From Acidimicrobiia bacterium (GTDB taxonomy: Bacteria; Actinomycetota; Acidimicrobiia; Spongiisociales; ZC4RG35): a DNA stretch of 64,000 nt. The notes under the pieces were generated by a model. The model was not told the origin of the DNA and ran no database searches. It worked only from the letters and a program-made list of their open reading frames with translations. The stretch covers positions 14,513 to 78,512 of the forward strand of contig JANQRA010000020.1 of assembly GCA_028284765.1 (NCBI GenBank), given 5' to 3'. Made by a program: the position numbers and the translations under genes. This document shows positions 29,230 through 39,439 of this stretch, in pieces. The stretch's first letter is position 1; every line of letters begins with the position of its first letter.

Positions 29230-29433
29230 ATGAGGTTGGAAGTCACAAGCGAGTGCATGGGTGTTGCCAATTGTGTCGGGATAGCCCCGTTGCTGTTCAA
29301 ACTCAACGAAGAAGGATTGTCATCAACCATGCCCGGTGAAGTGCCGGCGGTGCTCGTGGAGAAAGCCCAGCACGCGGTTGCCAGCTGCCCAACGAGGGCG
29401 ATCGTCGCGATCGATGACAACAACGACGGTTAG
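29230..29433 (+). CDS. [3Fe-4S]-type ferredoxin
   Basis: CMGVANC...CPTRAI; directly after the P450. Confidence 0.85.
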   Translation: MRLEVTSECMGVANCVGIAPLLFKLNEEGLSSTMPGEVPAVLVEKAQHAVASCPTRAIVAIDDNNDG

Positions 29434-30473
29434 CTAGCGGCTAATACAACGTCAGCGGCGTGTTCGACATCAGACATGTCGTTGTATACGTAGAACGAGA
29501 ATCGCGCGCGACCAGCACGTGCCGATACATGGATGCCCTCAGCGGCTAAGGCGGGCCCCGCTGAGGTCTCGATACTCACAATCGCGCTGTCTGCGGATTC
29601 AAGCCCCAGCATGCCTCTGAAAGCGTTGGCTAAGCCAACTGAGTGGGAGTTGGCAGATGACACCCCAATGGAGGCGATGACCTCCAGGGCCTCAACTGCA
29701 CCCGAATATGAGAACCAAGCGGGGGACAAATCGAACCTTCTTGCGTCATCGGCGAGTCGAAGCGGTGGACCGTAGATCGACGACCAAGGGTCATGCCCTG
29801 CGTACCAATTGGGTGCGATCGGGCGCAGCCAATCAGAGGATGGCGAGACAGTCATGAAACCGGCCCCTCGGGGAGAGCACAGCCATTTGTATCCGTGAAC
29901 GACGGTGACATCGAATCGCGAAGCCTCGACAGGCAACCACCCGCACGCCTGTGTGGTGTCTACGAAAGTCCGGAAACCAAGCTCTTCGGACATACCGGCT
30001 AGACGATCGAGATCGAAGACCCGTCCGTCGCTCGACTGAACTGCACTGACAGCTACAAGGTCAACGTCGGAATCAATCTGATCGAGCATCTCAACGAGAG
30101 GGACGGTCACGACCTCCAGTCGCGGATCCTGCATGAACGGAAACAGAACTGAAGTGAACTCCTCCTCAGCGCAAAGCACCAGCGAACCCGCCGGGAGAGA
30201 AGCAGCGACAACGCCAGCGCCGACCGACGCCTGGCTAACGATGCCTACCGACTCAACTCCCACTTGAACCAAGTCCGCAATCAGCTCTCGGCAGCGATCG
30301 ACCTCAGGGTCAAAATCCGCAGGCTTCACGCGTCCGGTCGTCCACTCATCAATCCGACGCTGGAGACGAGTGACAGCACTTCGCGGAGGTAACCCGATCG
30401 CAGCGGTGTCGAGATAGCCAGGGACCCGGGTCCACTCGACGTGTGCCTGACTCAATTCAAACATCTTGCTCAT
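29430..30473 (-). CDS. Aminotransferase class V / PLP-dependent C-S lyase-like protein
   Basis: YLDTAAIG, VDTTQACG, GYKWLCSPRG; start 30464 or 30473. Confidence 0.85.
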   Translation of the reverse strand: MSKMFELSQAHVEWTRVPGYLDTAAIGLPPRSAVTRLQRRIDEWTTGRVKPADFDPEVDRCRELIADLVQVGVESVGIVSQASVGAGVVAASLPAGSLVLCAEEEFTSVLFPFMQDPRLEVVTVPLVEMLDQIDSDVDLVAVSAVQSSDGRVFDLDRLAGMSEELGFRTFVDTTQACGWLPVEASRFDVTVVHGYKWLCSPRGAGFMTVSPSSDWLRPIAPNWYAGHDPWSSIYGPPLRLADDARRFDLSPAWFSYSGAVEALEVIASIGVSSANSHSVGLANAFRGMLGLESADSAIVSIETSAGPALAAEGIHVSARAGRARFSFYVYNDMSDVEHAADVVLAAS

Positions 30474-30532
30474 TCGACAATTGCGGAAATACACTTGCAC
30501 ACTAGGCCCTCTGGCAATCGCTGGTGATCCGT

Positions 30533-30554
30533 ACTGCCGTATTGATACGGCAGT
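30533..30554. promoter_or_regulatory. Perfect inverted repeat, probable operator abutting a TTGACG -35 box
   Basis: ACTGCCGTAT-tg-ATACGGCAGT; TTGACG at 30554; CATACT at 30578. Confidence 0.55.
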
Positions 30555-30613
30555 TGACGAGGAGGGGTCAGGTAGTGCATACTCGCCTTGTCACCTGAGT
30601 TTGGGAGCAATGT

Positions 30614-32260
30614 ATGAGTGACCGATTGAGTTCGTTGGCGAGGATCACACGCTTCAGAGGCGTTCTACTCCTTGCCCTGATAGCCGCGTTGGCACTGGTT
30701 GTCAGCGCTTGTTCGCCAGATGGAGCCGACGACTCCACCACCACTGCCGGCGAGGGGGCAACAACCACCGCTGGCGATAGTGGTGATGACGGCGACGCGA
30801 CCACGACCACAGCCGAGATGGTTGATGATGACGAGCCGGAGACGCTGATCATCGGGATGGGTTTCGCCATCCGGAACCTCTGGGCCAATAGCTCCACGAC
30901 CCAACAGGAGATCAACATCTCGGAACAGATCACCGAGAAGCTGATCGAGTTTGGCCCCGACGGCCAGTTTGAACCCCGACTCGCTGCGTCCTGGGAGCAA
31001 ATCGACGACACGACACTCGAGCTGAAACTCCAAGAAGGCGTCACCTTCACCAACGGGGAGCCGTTCAACGCTGAGAGTGCCGCATTCAGCATCGACGTGA
31101 TGCTCAACTCGTTCGCTTACGGAACCTTCACGTCCGCCGTGGCCGGCGCCGAAGTGGTCGATGAGTACACCCTGCACATCAAGACCGCCACTCCTACCGG
31201 CCTGCACATGCCAGCACTCGCAGTCGGCTCCTTCCAATACCCGATGGCGTACTTCGCCGAAGTAGGTGAGGAAGAGTTTGGAATGGCACCAATCGGAACT
31301 GGTCCGTACATGCTCGAAGAGTGGATCGTTGGCGAGGAAGTCAGGCTGACTGTCAACCCCGACTACTGGTGGGGCACACCAGATATTGAGAACGTGACAT
31401 TCCGAGCCATTCCTGAGGAGGCGTCCAGGCTGGCAGCTCTCGAGACCGGAGAGATTGGCTTGCTGCTCGATCTTCCTCTCGATTCCGCAAGCCGTATCGA
31501 AGACAATCCGGATCTCCAGGTCATTGGCCGACCAGGCAACCGCCTATACGGCCTGACACTGAGCACCCTTTCGGATACACCTCTGGTTGAGCCTGAGGTT
31601 CGCCAAGCAATCAAGTACGCGATCGATATCCAAGAGATCATCGACGGACCGCTTCAGGGCCGTGCAGTTGCACTGCAGGACCAGCGGATGACGTCGGCCT
31701 ACTTCGGTTTCGATCCGACTCGTGAGGCGATTGAATACAACCCCGATCTGGCTCGTCAGATGCTGGCCGACGCTGGCTACCCCGACGGGTTCGAGGTCAC
31801 GTTCAAGTATCCGTCAGGTCGGTACACCAAAGACGCGGAAGTCGGACAGGTGATCGCAGCACAGCTCGCTGAGGTTGGCATCGATGTCACCCAGGAGGTG
31901 CTGGAGCCCGGAACATTCCTGGACCAGCTGAACGCCCTGGAACTCAACGACCTGTTCTTCAGTGGAACGTTGCCGCCACCCGATGCACACTTCGTCTACT
32001 TCCAGAACGAGTGTGAGTGGCGCTACGCGTACTACTGCCGTGAGGACGTTGACCAGTTGATCGTGGACGGCACTCAGACGGTCGATACCGACGAGCGCCA
32101 AGCGATCTACGATCAAATCCGTGCCATCTTCGACGAAGATCCGCCACAGGTGAACCTGTATGTCACCGAGGATCTCTACGGGGCAACAACGGCACTGAGT
32201 GGATTCACCCCTTGGGGAAGCCAGTTCACAGACGTCCGAAACTTCACCCTGGACGGATAA
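30614..32260 (+). CDS. ABC transporter substrate-binding lipoprotein (family 5)
   Basis: Lipobox VVSAC, Thr-rich linker, GVTFTNGEPFNAE, IGTGPY, VRQAI. Confidence 0.92.
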   Translation: MSDRLSSLARITRFRGVLLLALIAALALVVSACSPDGADDSTTTAGEGATTTAGDSGDDGDATTTTAEMVDDDEPETLIIGMGFAIRNLWANSSTTQQEINISEQITEKLIEFGPDGQFEPRLAASWEQIDDTTLELKLQEGVTFTNGEPFNAESAAFSIDVMLNSFAYGTFTSAVAGAEVVDEYTLHIKTATPTGLHMPALAVGSFQYPMAYFAEVGEEEFGMAPIGTGPYMLEEWIVGEEVRLTVNPDYWWGTPDIENVTFRAIPEEASRLAALETGEIGLLLDLPLDSASRIEDNPDLQVIGRPGNRLYGLTLSTLSDTPLVEPEVRQAIKYAIDIQEIIDGPLQGRAVALQDQRMTSAYFGFDPTREAIEYNPDLARQMLADAGYPDGFEVTFKYPSGRYTKDAEVGQVIAAQLAEVGIDVTQEVLEPGTFLDQLNALELNDLFFSGTLPPPDAHFVYFQNECEWRYAYYCREDVDQLIVDGTQTVDTDERQAIYDQIRAIFDEDPPQVNLYVTEDLYGATTALSGFTPWGSQFTDVRNFTLDG

Positions 32261-32273
32261 GCAGATCAAACAT

Positions 32274-32311
32274 CATGGCGGGGCCTCCGATCGAGGAGGT
32301 TCCCCGCCATG
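32274..32311 (+). terminator. Hairpin after the substrate-binding gene
   Basis: CATGGCGGGG.CCTCC-gatcga-GGAGG.tt.CCCCGCCATG. Confidence 0.6.
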
Positions 32312-32330
32312 AGATCACTGAAAGGCAACT

Positions 32331-33341
32331 TTGACTCCGCTCTTGAGCGTTCAGAACTTGACGACCGAGTTCACGGTTGAGAGCGGAGTTCTTCGTGCAG
32401 TCGACAGCGTCTCCTTTGATCTCCATGCCGGCGAAGTCTTAGGTGTTGTCGGCGAGTCAGGTTCCGGAAAGTCGGCGACAGTGCTCTCAGCCCTAAGACT
32501 GATTCCGCAACCGCCGGCAGTCATCCGGGGTGGAGAGGTCTGGTTCAACGGACGCGACCTCCTCCAATTGAGCGAACGGGAGCTGAAGCGGGTTCGGGGT
32601 CGGGACATCAGCATGATCTTCCAGGACCCGATGACCTCGCTGAATCCTGTCCTGACCATCGGCCAACAGATCGCCGAGGTCCTCGAGGCACACGACCGCG
32701 ATCTGTCCGGACGCGAGGTCGTAGAGAGATCTGTCGAACTCCTCGACTCGGTCGGTGTCCCCGATGCAAGAAACCGGCTCAAGCAATACCCCCACGAGTT
32801 CTCGGGAGGGATGAGACAACGAGCAATGATCGCCATCGCAATGGCCAACACCCCCTCGGTCCTCATCGCTGATGAGCCGACTACGGCCCTCGATGTGACG
32901 ATTCAGGCACAAGTATTGAGTGTTCTCGAGAAGTCGAGAACCGAGTCCGGCGCGGCCACCATCCTCATTACCCACGACCTCGGCCTGATCGCCGAGATGG
33001 CGGACCGGGTGGTGGTGATGTACGCCGGACGCGTTGTGGAAAGCGGACCGACCGACGAGATCTTCAACTCGCCCAAGCACCCGTACACCGTTGGTCTTCT
33101 CGGGTCGCTACCCAAACTCGAGGGTGAGATACAGCGCCTGGTGTCGATCGACGGTTCACCGCCAGACCTGATTGCACTAGGCCCTGGTTGTCCGTTCTAC
33201 GTTCGCTGCGAGCTGGCCGGGACGCGATCTTTGTGTTCCTCCGAACGTCCATCGCTCGAAGTCGCCTCGTCGAACCATCTCTCTGCTTGCCACTTCCACG
33301 ACGAGGTCGAAAGCTTCGCCCAGAGAGCAGGTGTCCTGTGA
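32331..33341 (+). CDS. ABC ATP-binding protein (DppD-like)
   Basis: GESGSGKS, FSGGMRQR, IADEPTTALD. Confidence 0.93.
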   Translation: MTPLLSVQNLTTEFTVESGVLRAVDSVSFDLHAGEVLGVVGESGSGKSATVLSALRLIPQPPAVIRGGEVWFNGRDLLQLSERELKRVRGRDISMIFQDPMTSLNPVLTIGQQIAEVLEAHDRDLSGREVVERSVELLDSVGVPDARNRLKQYPHEFSGGMRQRAMIAIAMANTPSVLIADEPTTALDVTIQAQVLSVLEKSRTESGAATILITHDLGLIAEMADRVVVMYAGRVVESGPTDEIFNSPKHPYTVGLLGSLPKLEGEIQRLVSIDGSPPDLIALGPGCPFYVRCELAGTRSLCSSERPSLEVASSNHLSACHFHDEVESFAQRAGVL

Positions 33342-34363
33342 GCAACCAGGCACTGCTCACCGTCACAGATCTCGAGAAGCACTTCGAGCAATCAAAGGGT
33401 GCCTTCTCGGGTCCGTCTTCGCCCATTCGTGCTGTCGATGGCGTCAGCTTCGAGATCGGCAAGTCGACGACGCTGGGATTAGTTGGCGAGTCGGGAAGCG
33501 GCAAAACGACCACAGGACGGCTAATCACAAGATTGCTCGAGCCAAGTGCTGGCTCGATCGTGTTCGACGGAGCCGACATCACAGAACTCTCCAGAACTGA
33601 GCTCCGACCGATTCGCCGAAAAATGCAGATCGTCTTCCAAGACCCCTTCGCCTCCCTCGATCCAAGAATGAAGGTGAGACAGATCGTCGAGGAGCCGGTC
33701 CGATACAGCACAGACGTGGGCAGCAACGAGAGGCGCTCGCGAGTTATGGAAACGCTCGAGGTTGTTGGACTCAACCCGGACCATGCCGAGCGCTATCCAC
33801 ACGAGTTCTCCGGTGGTCAACGCCAGCGCATCGGGATTGCACGAGCCCTAATCGTTCGACCTGATCTTCTGATACTCGATGAGCCGGTGTCTGCGTTGGA
33901 TGTCTCTATTCAGGCACAAATCGTGAACCTCCTCGAAGATCTGCAGGAGGAGTTCGGGCTGTCATATCTGTTGATCGCTCACGACCTTTCAGTTGTCCGC
34001 CAGATCTGCGATGAAGTCGCGGTGATGTATCTCGGCAAGATCGTTGAGTTCGGTACTCGAGACGAGGTGTACGAGTCTCCAACGCATCCCTATACCCGAG
34101 CTCTTCTGTCAGCAGTCCCCATTTCGAACCCTCGACTTAGGGGGACAAGGGACCGAATCGTGCTCAAGGGGGACATACCCGATCCGGCCAACAAGCCAAG
34201 CGGCTGCGACTTCCACACCCGCTGCTACATGGCCGCAGACGTCTGTCGCTCCGACCCGCCCGAGCTTGAGGATTCCACCAGTGAAGGACACCTCGTCTCA
34301 TGTCACTTCGCGGAAACGATCGTGAAAGAAAACAACCAAGACACGAAAGGAAAAGACAAATGA
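33338..34363 (+). CDS. ABC ATP-binding protein (DppF-like)
   Basis: GESGSGKT, FSGGQRQR, LDEPVSALD; GTG start overlaps the upstream TGA. Confidence 0.93.
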   Translation: MSNQALLTVTDLEKHFEQSKGAFSGPSSPIRAVDGVSFEIGKSTTLGLVGESGSGKTTTGRLITRLLEPSAGSIVFDGADITELSRTELRPIRRKMQIVFQDPFASLDPRMKVRQIVEEPVRYSTDVGSNERRSRVMETLEVVGLNPDHAERYPHEFSGGQRQRIGIARALIVRPDLLILDEPVSALDVSIQAQIVNLLEDLQEEFGLSYLLIAHDLSVVRQICDEVAVMYLGKIVEFGTRDEVYESPTHPYTRALLSAVPISNPRLRGTRDRIVLKGDIPDPANKPSGCDFHTRCYMAADVCRSDPPELEDSTSEGHLVSCHFAETIVKENNQDTKGKDK

Positions 34364-35397
34364 CCTACTCAAGACCCGTTAGCGATGAGGCCCTAGCCCT
34401 ACACCATGACTCGATCGTCATAGATGCGACATCGTTCTTCTGCGAGGGCCACACCGAGCTCTTGAGCACAGCGGGCGTCACAGCCCTCAACATGACGGTC
34501 CCTGACATCGAAGACGACGTCGGTGAGGCCACCAAGTCGATCGCGGAGCACTACGCCCTCATCAACTCGGACGAGAAGCTCGACTTTGCCTTCACCACCG
34601 ATGACATACGCGCCAGCAAGAAGAACGGAAACGTCGGGCTGATCATCGGGGCGCAAAACGCCCGACACATGGCGTCAAAGCCGTATCTGGTCGAGCTCTT
34701 CTATCGGATGGGTATGCGCGTGAGCCAGATCGCTTACAACGACCGGAACTTCGCCGCCGACGGATCGGCCACGGGTGCCGATGCCGGCCTCAGCAACGAA
34801 GGTCGGGTCCTAATCGACGAGATGAACCGGCTCGGCATGGTGCTGGATATAAGCCACGTCGGAGCGCGTTCGGCAGCTGAAGCAGTTGCTCACTCGAACA
34901 AGCCATCGGTTGCATCACATGCCAACCCGTACGAGGTGGGCGCCAAGGTTCCGCGAAACCTCAGTGACGACCTGATGAAGGCGATTGCAGATGGCGGAGG
35001 AGTCATTGGGCTCTCACCCTTCCCCTCCCTCGTCTGGCAAGGAGGAGACACTCCACCAAATGTCGAGGAGTACTTCGACATCATGGACTATGCCGTCAAT
35101 CTCGTCGGTGAAGACCACATCGGAATCGGCACCGACAAAGAGGCGACTTCAGGGGCCTATCCGAGGGAGGTGCGAATCAGGCTGCGCAGGCGATTCGCGT
35201 TCTCGACAACCTCTCCCCAGGGGTCTCTCCGAGACAAGTTCCCGGACGGGTTGCTCCCGGTCCTGGATGGCTTCGCGAGCCTCGCCGACTTCCCGGTTCT
35301 AACGCAAGGAATGATGAACATGGGTTACTCCAGCGAACGGATCCAGAAGATCCTGGGCCTCAACTTCATGCGAGTGTTCGAGGACAACTGGACGTAG
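34360..35397 (+). CDS. Membrane dipeptidase (peptidase M19) family protein
   Basis: EMNRLGMVLDISH, SHAN, RNLSDD, HIGIGTD, KILGLNFMRV. Confidence 0.88.
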   Translation: MTYSRPVSDEALALHHDSIVIDATSFFCEGHTELLSTAGVTALNMTVPDIEDDVGEATKSIAEHYALINSDEKLDFAFTTDDIRASKKNGNVGLIIGAQNARHMASKPYLVELFYRMGMRVSQIAYNDRNFAADGSATGADAGLSNEGRVLIDEMNRLGMVLDISHVGARSAAEAVAHSNKPSVASHANPYEVGAKVPRNLSDDLMKAIADGGGVIGLSPFPSLVWQGGDTPPNVEEYFDIMDYAVNLVGEDHIGIGTDKEATSGAYPREVRIRLRRRFAFSTTSPQGSLRDKFPDGLLPVLDGFASLADFPVLTQGMMNMGYSSERIQKILGLNFMRVFEDNWT

Positions 35398-35423
35398 GTG
35401 AAGGTCGACCAACGGCTTAGGCG

Positions 35424-36341
35424 ATGACACGTTTCGTCCTCCGACGGATCGTCCAAACGATCCCGACTCTGATCGGGATCTCCATTGCCGCGTTCCTGCT
35501 GGTGAGGCTGACAGGCGACCCCGCTGCGTTGATGTTGCCACCCGAGGCGACTCAGGAGGCCATTGACGCGTTCAACGAGAAGTTCGGGTTAGACCAATCG
35601 CTACCCGTTCAGTATTGGAAGTTCATGTCGGCGGTGCTGACAGGAGATCTGGGGACATCCATACGGTTCAACATTCCCGTTTGGGATCTGTTCGTCGAAC
35701 GCATGCCAGCAACGGTGGAGCTTGCAGCGGCCTCAATGAGCATTGCCCTACTCGTCGGGCTGCCCGCCGGGATCATCGCCGGACTCAAGAACAGATCTTG
35801 GATGGATGCTGTCATCCGATTCTTCGCTTTCTTGGGTCAGGCAGTTCCTGGGTTCTATCTCGGCCTGATGCTGATAGTCATCTTCGCTGTCCAACTGCGC
35901 TGGCTACCTACTGGCGGGCGCGGTACCTGGCAACAGCTGATACTCCCAGCGATCACACTTGCGGCCTACCTGATTGCACTCCTCGTCAGGTTCACTCGAG
36001 GTGCTGTTCTCGACACGAAACGCCAACTTCACATCACGACAGCAAGGTCGAAAGGGCTGTCGTCATGGCTGATTCTCCGAAGCCACATACTCAAGAACTC
36101 GATGATCCCGATCATCACGATCATCGGTCTGCAGGTGGGGGCTGTTCTGAGCGGAACCGTAGTGACCGAGGTTGTCTTCAACTGGCCGGGTATTGGTCGG
36201 ATGATGGTCGATGCCATCTACACCCGTGACTTCCCCGTCGTGCAAGCGATGGTGATGATCGTGGCGGTCATCTTCATCGTGGTGAACCTGATCGTCGATA
36301 TCGCCTACTCGTTCTTCGATCCTCGGATCAGGAGGGATTGA
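35424..36341 (+). CDS. ABC permease (DppB-like)
   Basis: TGDPA, GDLGTS, ITTARSKG, TEVVFNWPG, DPRIR. Confidence 0.92.
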   Translation: MTRFVLRRIVQTIPTLIGISIAAFLLVRLTGDPAALMLPPEATQEAIDAFNEKFGLDQSLPVQYWKFMSAVLTGDLGTSIRFNIPVWDLFVERMPATVELAAASMSIALLVGLPAGIIAGLKNRSWMDAVIRFFAFLGQAVPGFYLGLMLIVIFAVQLRWLPTGGRGTWQQLILPAITLAAYLIALLVRFTRGAVLDTKRQLHITTARSKGLSSWLILRSHILKNSMIPIITIIGLQVGAVLSGTVVTEVVFNWPGIGRMMVDAIYTRDFPVVQAMVMIVAVIFIVVNLIVDIAYSFFDPRIRRD

Positions 36342-37220
36342 GTGGCGCAGCACCAGACAGAACCTCAAGCCTCGACAGGCCGACCCGGACGACGCTGGCC
36401 GATACCTGCTCTTCTAAGCGCGGTCGTCCTGGTTGGGGTCGTAGTGATGGCCATCTGGCCCCACAGCTGGCTCCCGAACGACCCCATACAGATCGAGCCA
36501 GCTCTTCGCTTCCTGCCCCCGGCTTTCATGGAGGGCGGAGATCCGCAGTACTGGCTAGGGACTGATGTACTGGGGCGCGACATCTTCAGCCAGATGATTG
36601 CTGGGGCACGTGCCTCGCTCGTGATCGTGGTATCAGCTGCTTTGCTCTCGCTGGTCATCGGGGTGGCCGCTGGGCTGGTGGCCGGTCACTTCGGCGGTCG
36701 GACGGACTCGATAATCATGCGGCTGGTAGACGTTCAGCTGGCCTTTCCGGTGCTGGTGCTGATTATCGCCGTTGTCGCTGTTTTCGGGCCTTCGATCCCA
36801 AACCTCATATTGGTTTTGGCCCTGGCGAGTTGGGCAACCTATGCCCGGCTGGTTCGAGGACTCGTCCTATCCCTGAAAGAGCAAGAGTTCATCGACGCCG
36901 CGTGGGCATCCGGAGCGTCGCATGGTGCGGTACTCATTCGTCACTACCTCCCGAACGTCGCTACCTCGATTGTGATCTTCACAACGTTCGAGCTGGCCAG
37001 ACTCCTCCTGGTAGAAGCCGCCCTCTCTTTCCTGGGACTTGGCGTGCAGCCACCAACACCAAGTTGGGGGCGGATGATCTCGGAAGCGCGCAACTACTTG
37101 TTCGAAGCGTGGTGGGCATCCGCACTTCCCGGTCTGCTGATCGTTGCGACGGTTCTCGCTTTCAACTTGCTCGGAGACGAGTTCCGGGATCGGCTCGACC
37201 CACACAGGGAGAGAGGGTGA
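36342..37220 (+). CDS. ABC permease (DppC-like)
   Basis: LGTDVLGRD, EFIDAAWASGA, EAALSFLGLG. Confidence 0.92.
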   Translation: MAQHQTEPQASTGRPGRRWPIPALLSAVVLVGVVVMAIWPHSWLPNDPIQIEPALRFLPPAFMEGGDPQYWLGTDVLGRDIFSQMIAGARASLVIVVSAALLSLVIGVAAGLVAGHFGGRTDSIIMRLVDVQLAFPVLVLIIAVVAVFGPSIPNLILVLALASWATYARLVRGLVLSLKEQEFIDAAWASGASHGAVLIRHYLPNVATSIVIFTTFELARLLLVEAALSFLGLGVQPPTPSWGRMISEARNYLFEAWWASALPGLLIVATVLAFNLLGDEFRDRLDPHRERG

Positions 37221-37292
37221 TCGTGGTTGTCGCGCCCTCCGGATCACACTAACGTGCTAGTACGCTATAACGCTTGAATCAAGGAGAATTGC

Positions 37293-38348
37293 GTGCCTAC
37301 GTCGAGCACCGGGATCACCATCTACGGGACCCAGATCGAACTTGACACCAAGCAAATCGTCGAAATCCCAATCACCACCGGACTCAACGGCACAACCATC
37401 AAGCTCATAGCGCATGCGGTCGTCGGAGCCCGCCCCGGCCCGGTGCTGTGCATCATGAACACAATCCACGGTGGCGAGTGGTTCGCTATGGAGCCCCTCA
37501 GGCAAGTGCGGAACGCCCTGGACACATCCCAAATGGCAGGGGCTGTGATCATCGCCCCCGTCGTCAACCCGGCAGCGTTCGCTCTTGACGTTCGAAATGT
37601 GCCGGATCAGGTTGATTCCCCAGATTTGAATCGGATATTCCCTGGACCGCTCACATCGACCGGCGACCAAATCGTTGCGGCCTTGACCGAGCATCTCATC
37701 CGAAACTCCGATGCACTGATCGATTTTCACATGGGTCCCAAAGGCGCGGCGTTCACCGACGCACTCACCGGATCCGACTTCCCCGAAGAGGTCTCGAAAA
37801 GAAGCTTGGAGCTCGCACTTGCGTTCGGCTCCCCGATCGTTCGCCACGCCCCGATGATCTCGGGATTCCCAGGACCGAAGTCATCAAAGCCGTACGCGGC
37901 CGCAGTGCTCGGCATACCCGGATTCGGCGGTGAGGTTGGAGGCGCCGGTTTTGGACCCAAACTCGATGCCGTGTGGCATCGCAGAACTGTCGACGGTATC
38001 CACGGAGTGATGGCGGCCATGGGCATTCTGGCCCAAGCACCAGACCACCTCCCGACAAGGCAGCTGGTTTATCGAAACGCCCATCGGATCAATCCCCGTG
38101 TCGGCGGAATCCTCCGTCCGGAACTCACCGGATCCGAGATGGGCATCGAAGTGGAGGAAGGCCAGGTACTGGGTCGCATCACAAGCCCCTACACAGGGGA
38201 GGTCCTCGAGGAGTTGAAGGCTCCAGCGAATGGCTTGGCGTACTACGTCGGGCGGGAGCATCCGGTATATCCGGGTGGTTGGGCCTTCGGATTGGCACAG
38301 ATCGACGACGACGCCCGATGGGTCACCAACGAGGAAGGAGCCGTCTGA
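37293..38348 (+). CDS. Succinylglutamate desuccinylase/aspartoacylase family protein
   Basis: IHGGE, DLNRIFPG, IDFH, GEVGG. Confidence 0.88.
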   Translation: MPTSSTGITIYGTQIELDTKQIVEIPITTGLNGTTIKLIAHAVVGARPGPVLCIMNTIHGGEWFAMEPLRQVRNALDTSQMAGAVIIAPVVNPAAFALDVRNVPDQVDSPDLNRIFPGPLTSTGDQIVAALTEHLIRNSDALIDFHMGPKGAAFTDALTGSDFPEEVSKRSLELALAFGSPIVRHAPMISGFPGPKSSKPYAAAVLGIPGFGGEVGGAGFGPKLDAVWHRRTVDGIHGVMAAMGILAQAPDHLPTRQLVYRNAHRINPRVGGILRPELTGSEMGIEVEEGQVLGRITSPYTGEVLEELKAPANGLAYYVGREHPVYPGGWAFGLAQIDDDARWVTNEEGAV

Positions 38349-38349
38349 C

Positions 38350-39348
38350 ATGGCGACGAAAGACAACTCAGTCGTAGGGCGCAGATTGCGCCACTTTCCC
38401 GTGACCACGGATCTGGACAACTCCGAGATCTCGGTCATCGTCAACGAACTGACGGGACAGCATGCGGGGCCGACACTTGCCATCGTGTCAGGCCTCCACG
38501 GCTCGGAGTGGCTGGCCCCGATTGCCAATACGGACCTGATCCAGCACATCGACCTCGAAGCATTGCACGGGACGCTTCTCGTGGTCCCGGTCGCCAATCC
38601 GATCGCATTCGCCTCCGGTACTCGCAACATACGAGATGAGTCGGACTCTCCTGACCTCAACAGGTCCTTCGGCGGAAAACAAACCTGGCTAGCGGATCAG
38701 ATCGCAAGGGTTATCTCCCAAGAGGTGTTGGAAGGCGCGGACGCCGTGATCGACTTCCATACGGGTCCATGGGGCGCCGCCATGGATGTTGTGGCGTGTC
38801 CCTCGGATTACAGCAACGCTGACCTGAACGAGAGGTCACTGGGTCTCGCCAAGGCTTTTGGTCGACCATTCATCCGACGAGGTCCCATGGTTTCCGATTT
38901 TCCAGGCCCCAAGAGCATGATCGGGTACGCAGGCGAAGTACTTGGAGTGCCCGGCATAGTGGCAGAGGTGGGTGGCGTCGGTTTCGATCTCGAAGTCGAG
39001 ACAGCGTGGAAGCGGATCCTCATCGACGGCGTTCTTAACGTGATGGCCCACCTCGGAATGCTGGAGCGACCGGCGGGCAACGCGTCGATCGCCTACGTAG
39101 GCGCAGCACACCGCGTCAACCCGAGCCAGGGCGGAATGGTCGAGGCCTTGCTCGGTGCCGACCGTCTGATGAGCAACGTTGCCGAAGGTGAACTACTGGG
39201 ACGCGTCTGGAGCCCATACACATTCGATGTGATCGAGGAGCTTCGGGCCCCAGTTGCCGGTATTCTCGGGATGGTGCCTACAAATCATCCAGCACGCCCC
39301 GGAGACTGGGCCTATTTGGTATTCGAGCGGACTCAGTCGCCAGGGTGA
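38350..39348 (+). CDS. Succinylglutamate desuccinylase/aspartoacylase family protein (tandem paralogue)
   Basis: LHGSE, DLNRSF, IDFH, AEVGG. Confidence 0.88.
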   Translation: MATKDNSVVGRRLRHFPVTTDLDNSEISVIVNELTGQHAGPTLAIVSGLHGSEWLAPIANTDLIQHIDLEALHGTLLVVPVANPIAFASGTRNIRDESDSPDLNRSFGGKQTWLADQIARVISQEVLEGADAVIDFHTGPWGAAMDVVACPSDYSNADLNERSLGLAKAFGRPFIRRGPMVSDFPGPKSMIGYAGEVLGVPGIVAEVGGVGFDLEVETAWKRILIDGVLNVMAHLGMLERPAGNASIAYVGAAHRVNPSQGGMVEALLGADRLMSNVAEGELLGRVWSPYTFDVIEELRAPVAGILGMVPTNHPARPGDWAYLVFERTQSPG

Positions 39349-39439
39349 CAAGATCCGATCGGTCTAGGATTGATTATCAATCCCGAGTGGCTTGCGCGGG
39401 CCGCAGGCTATTCCGTCATCTGACAACGCGGAGAGTTAG

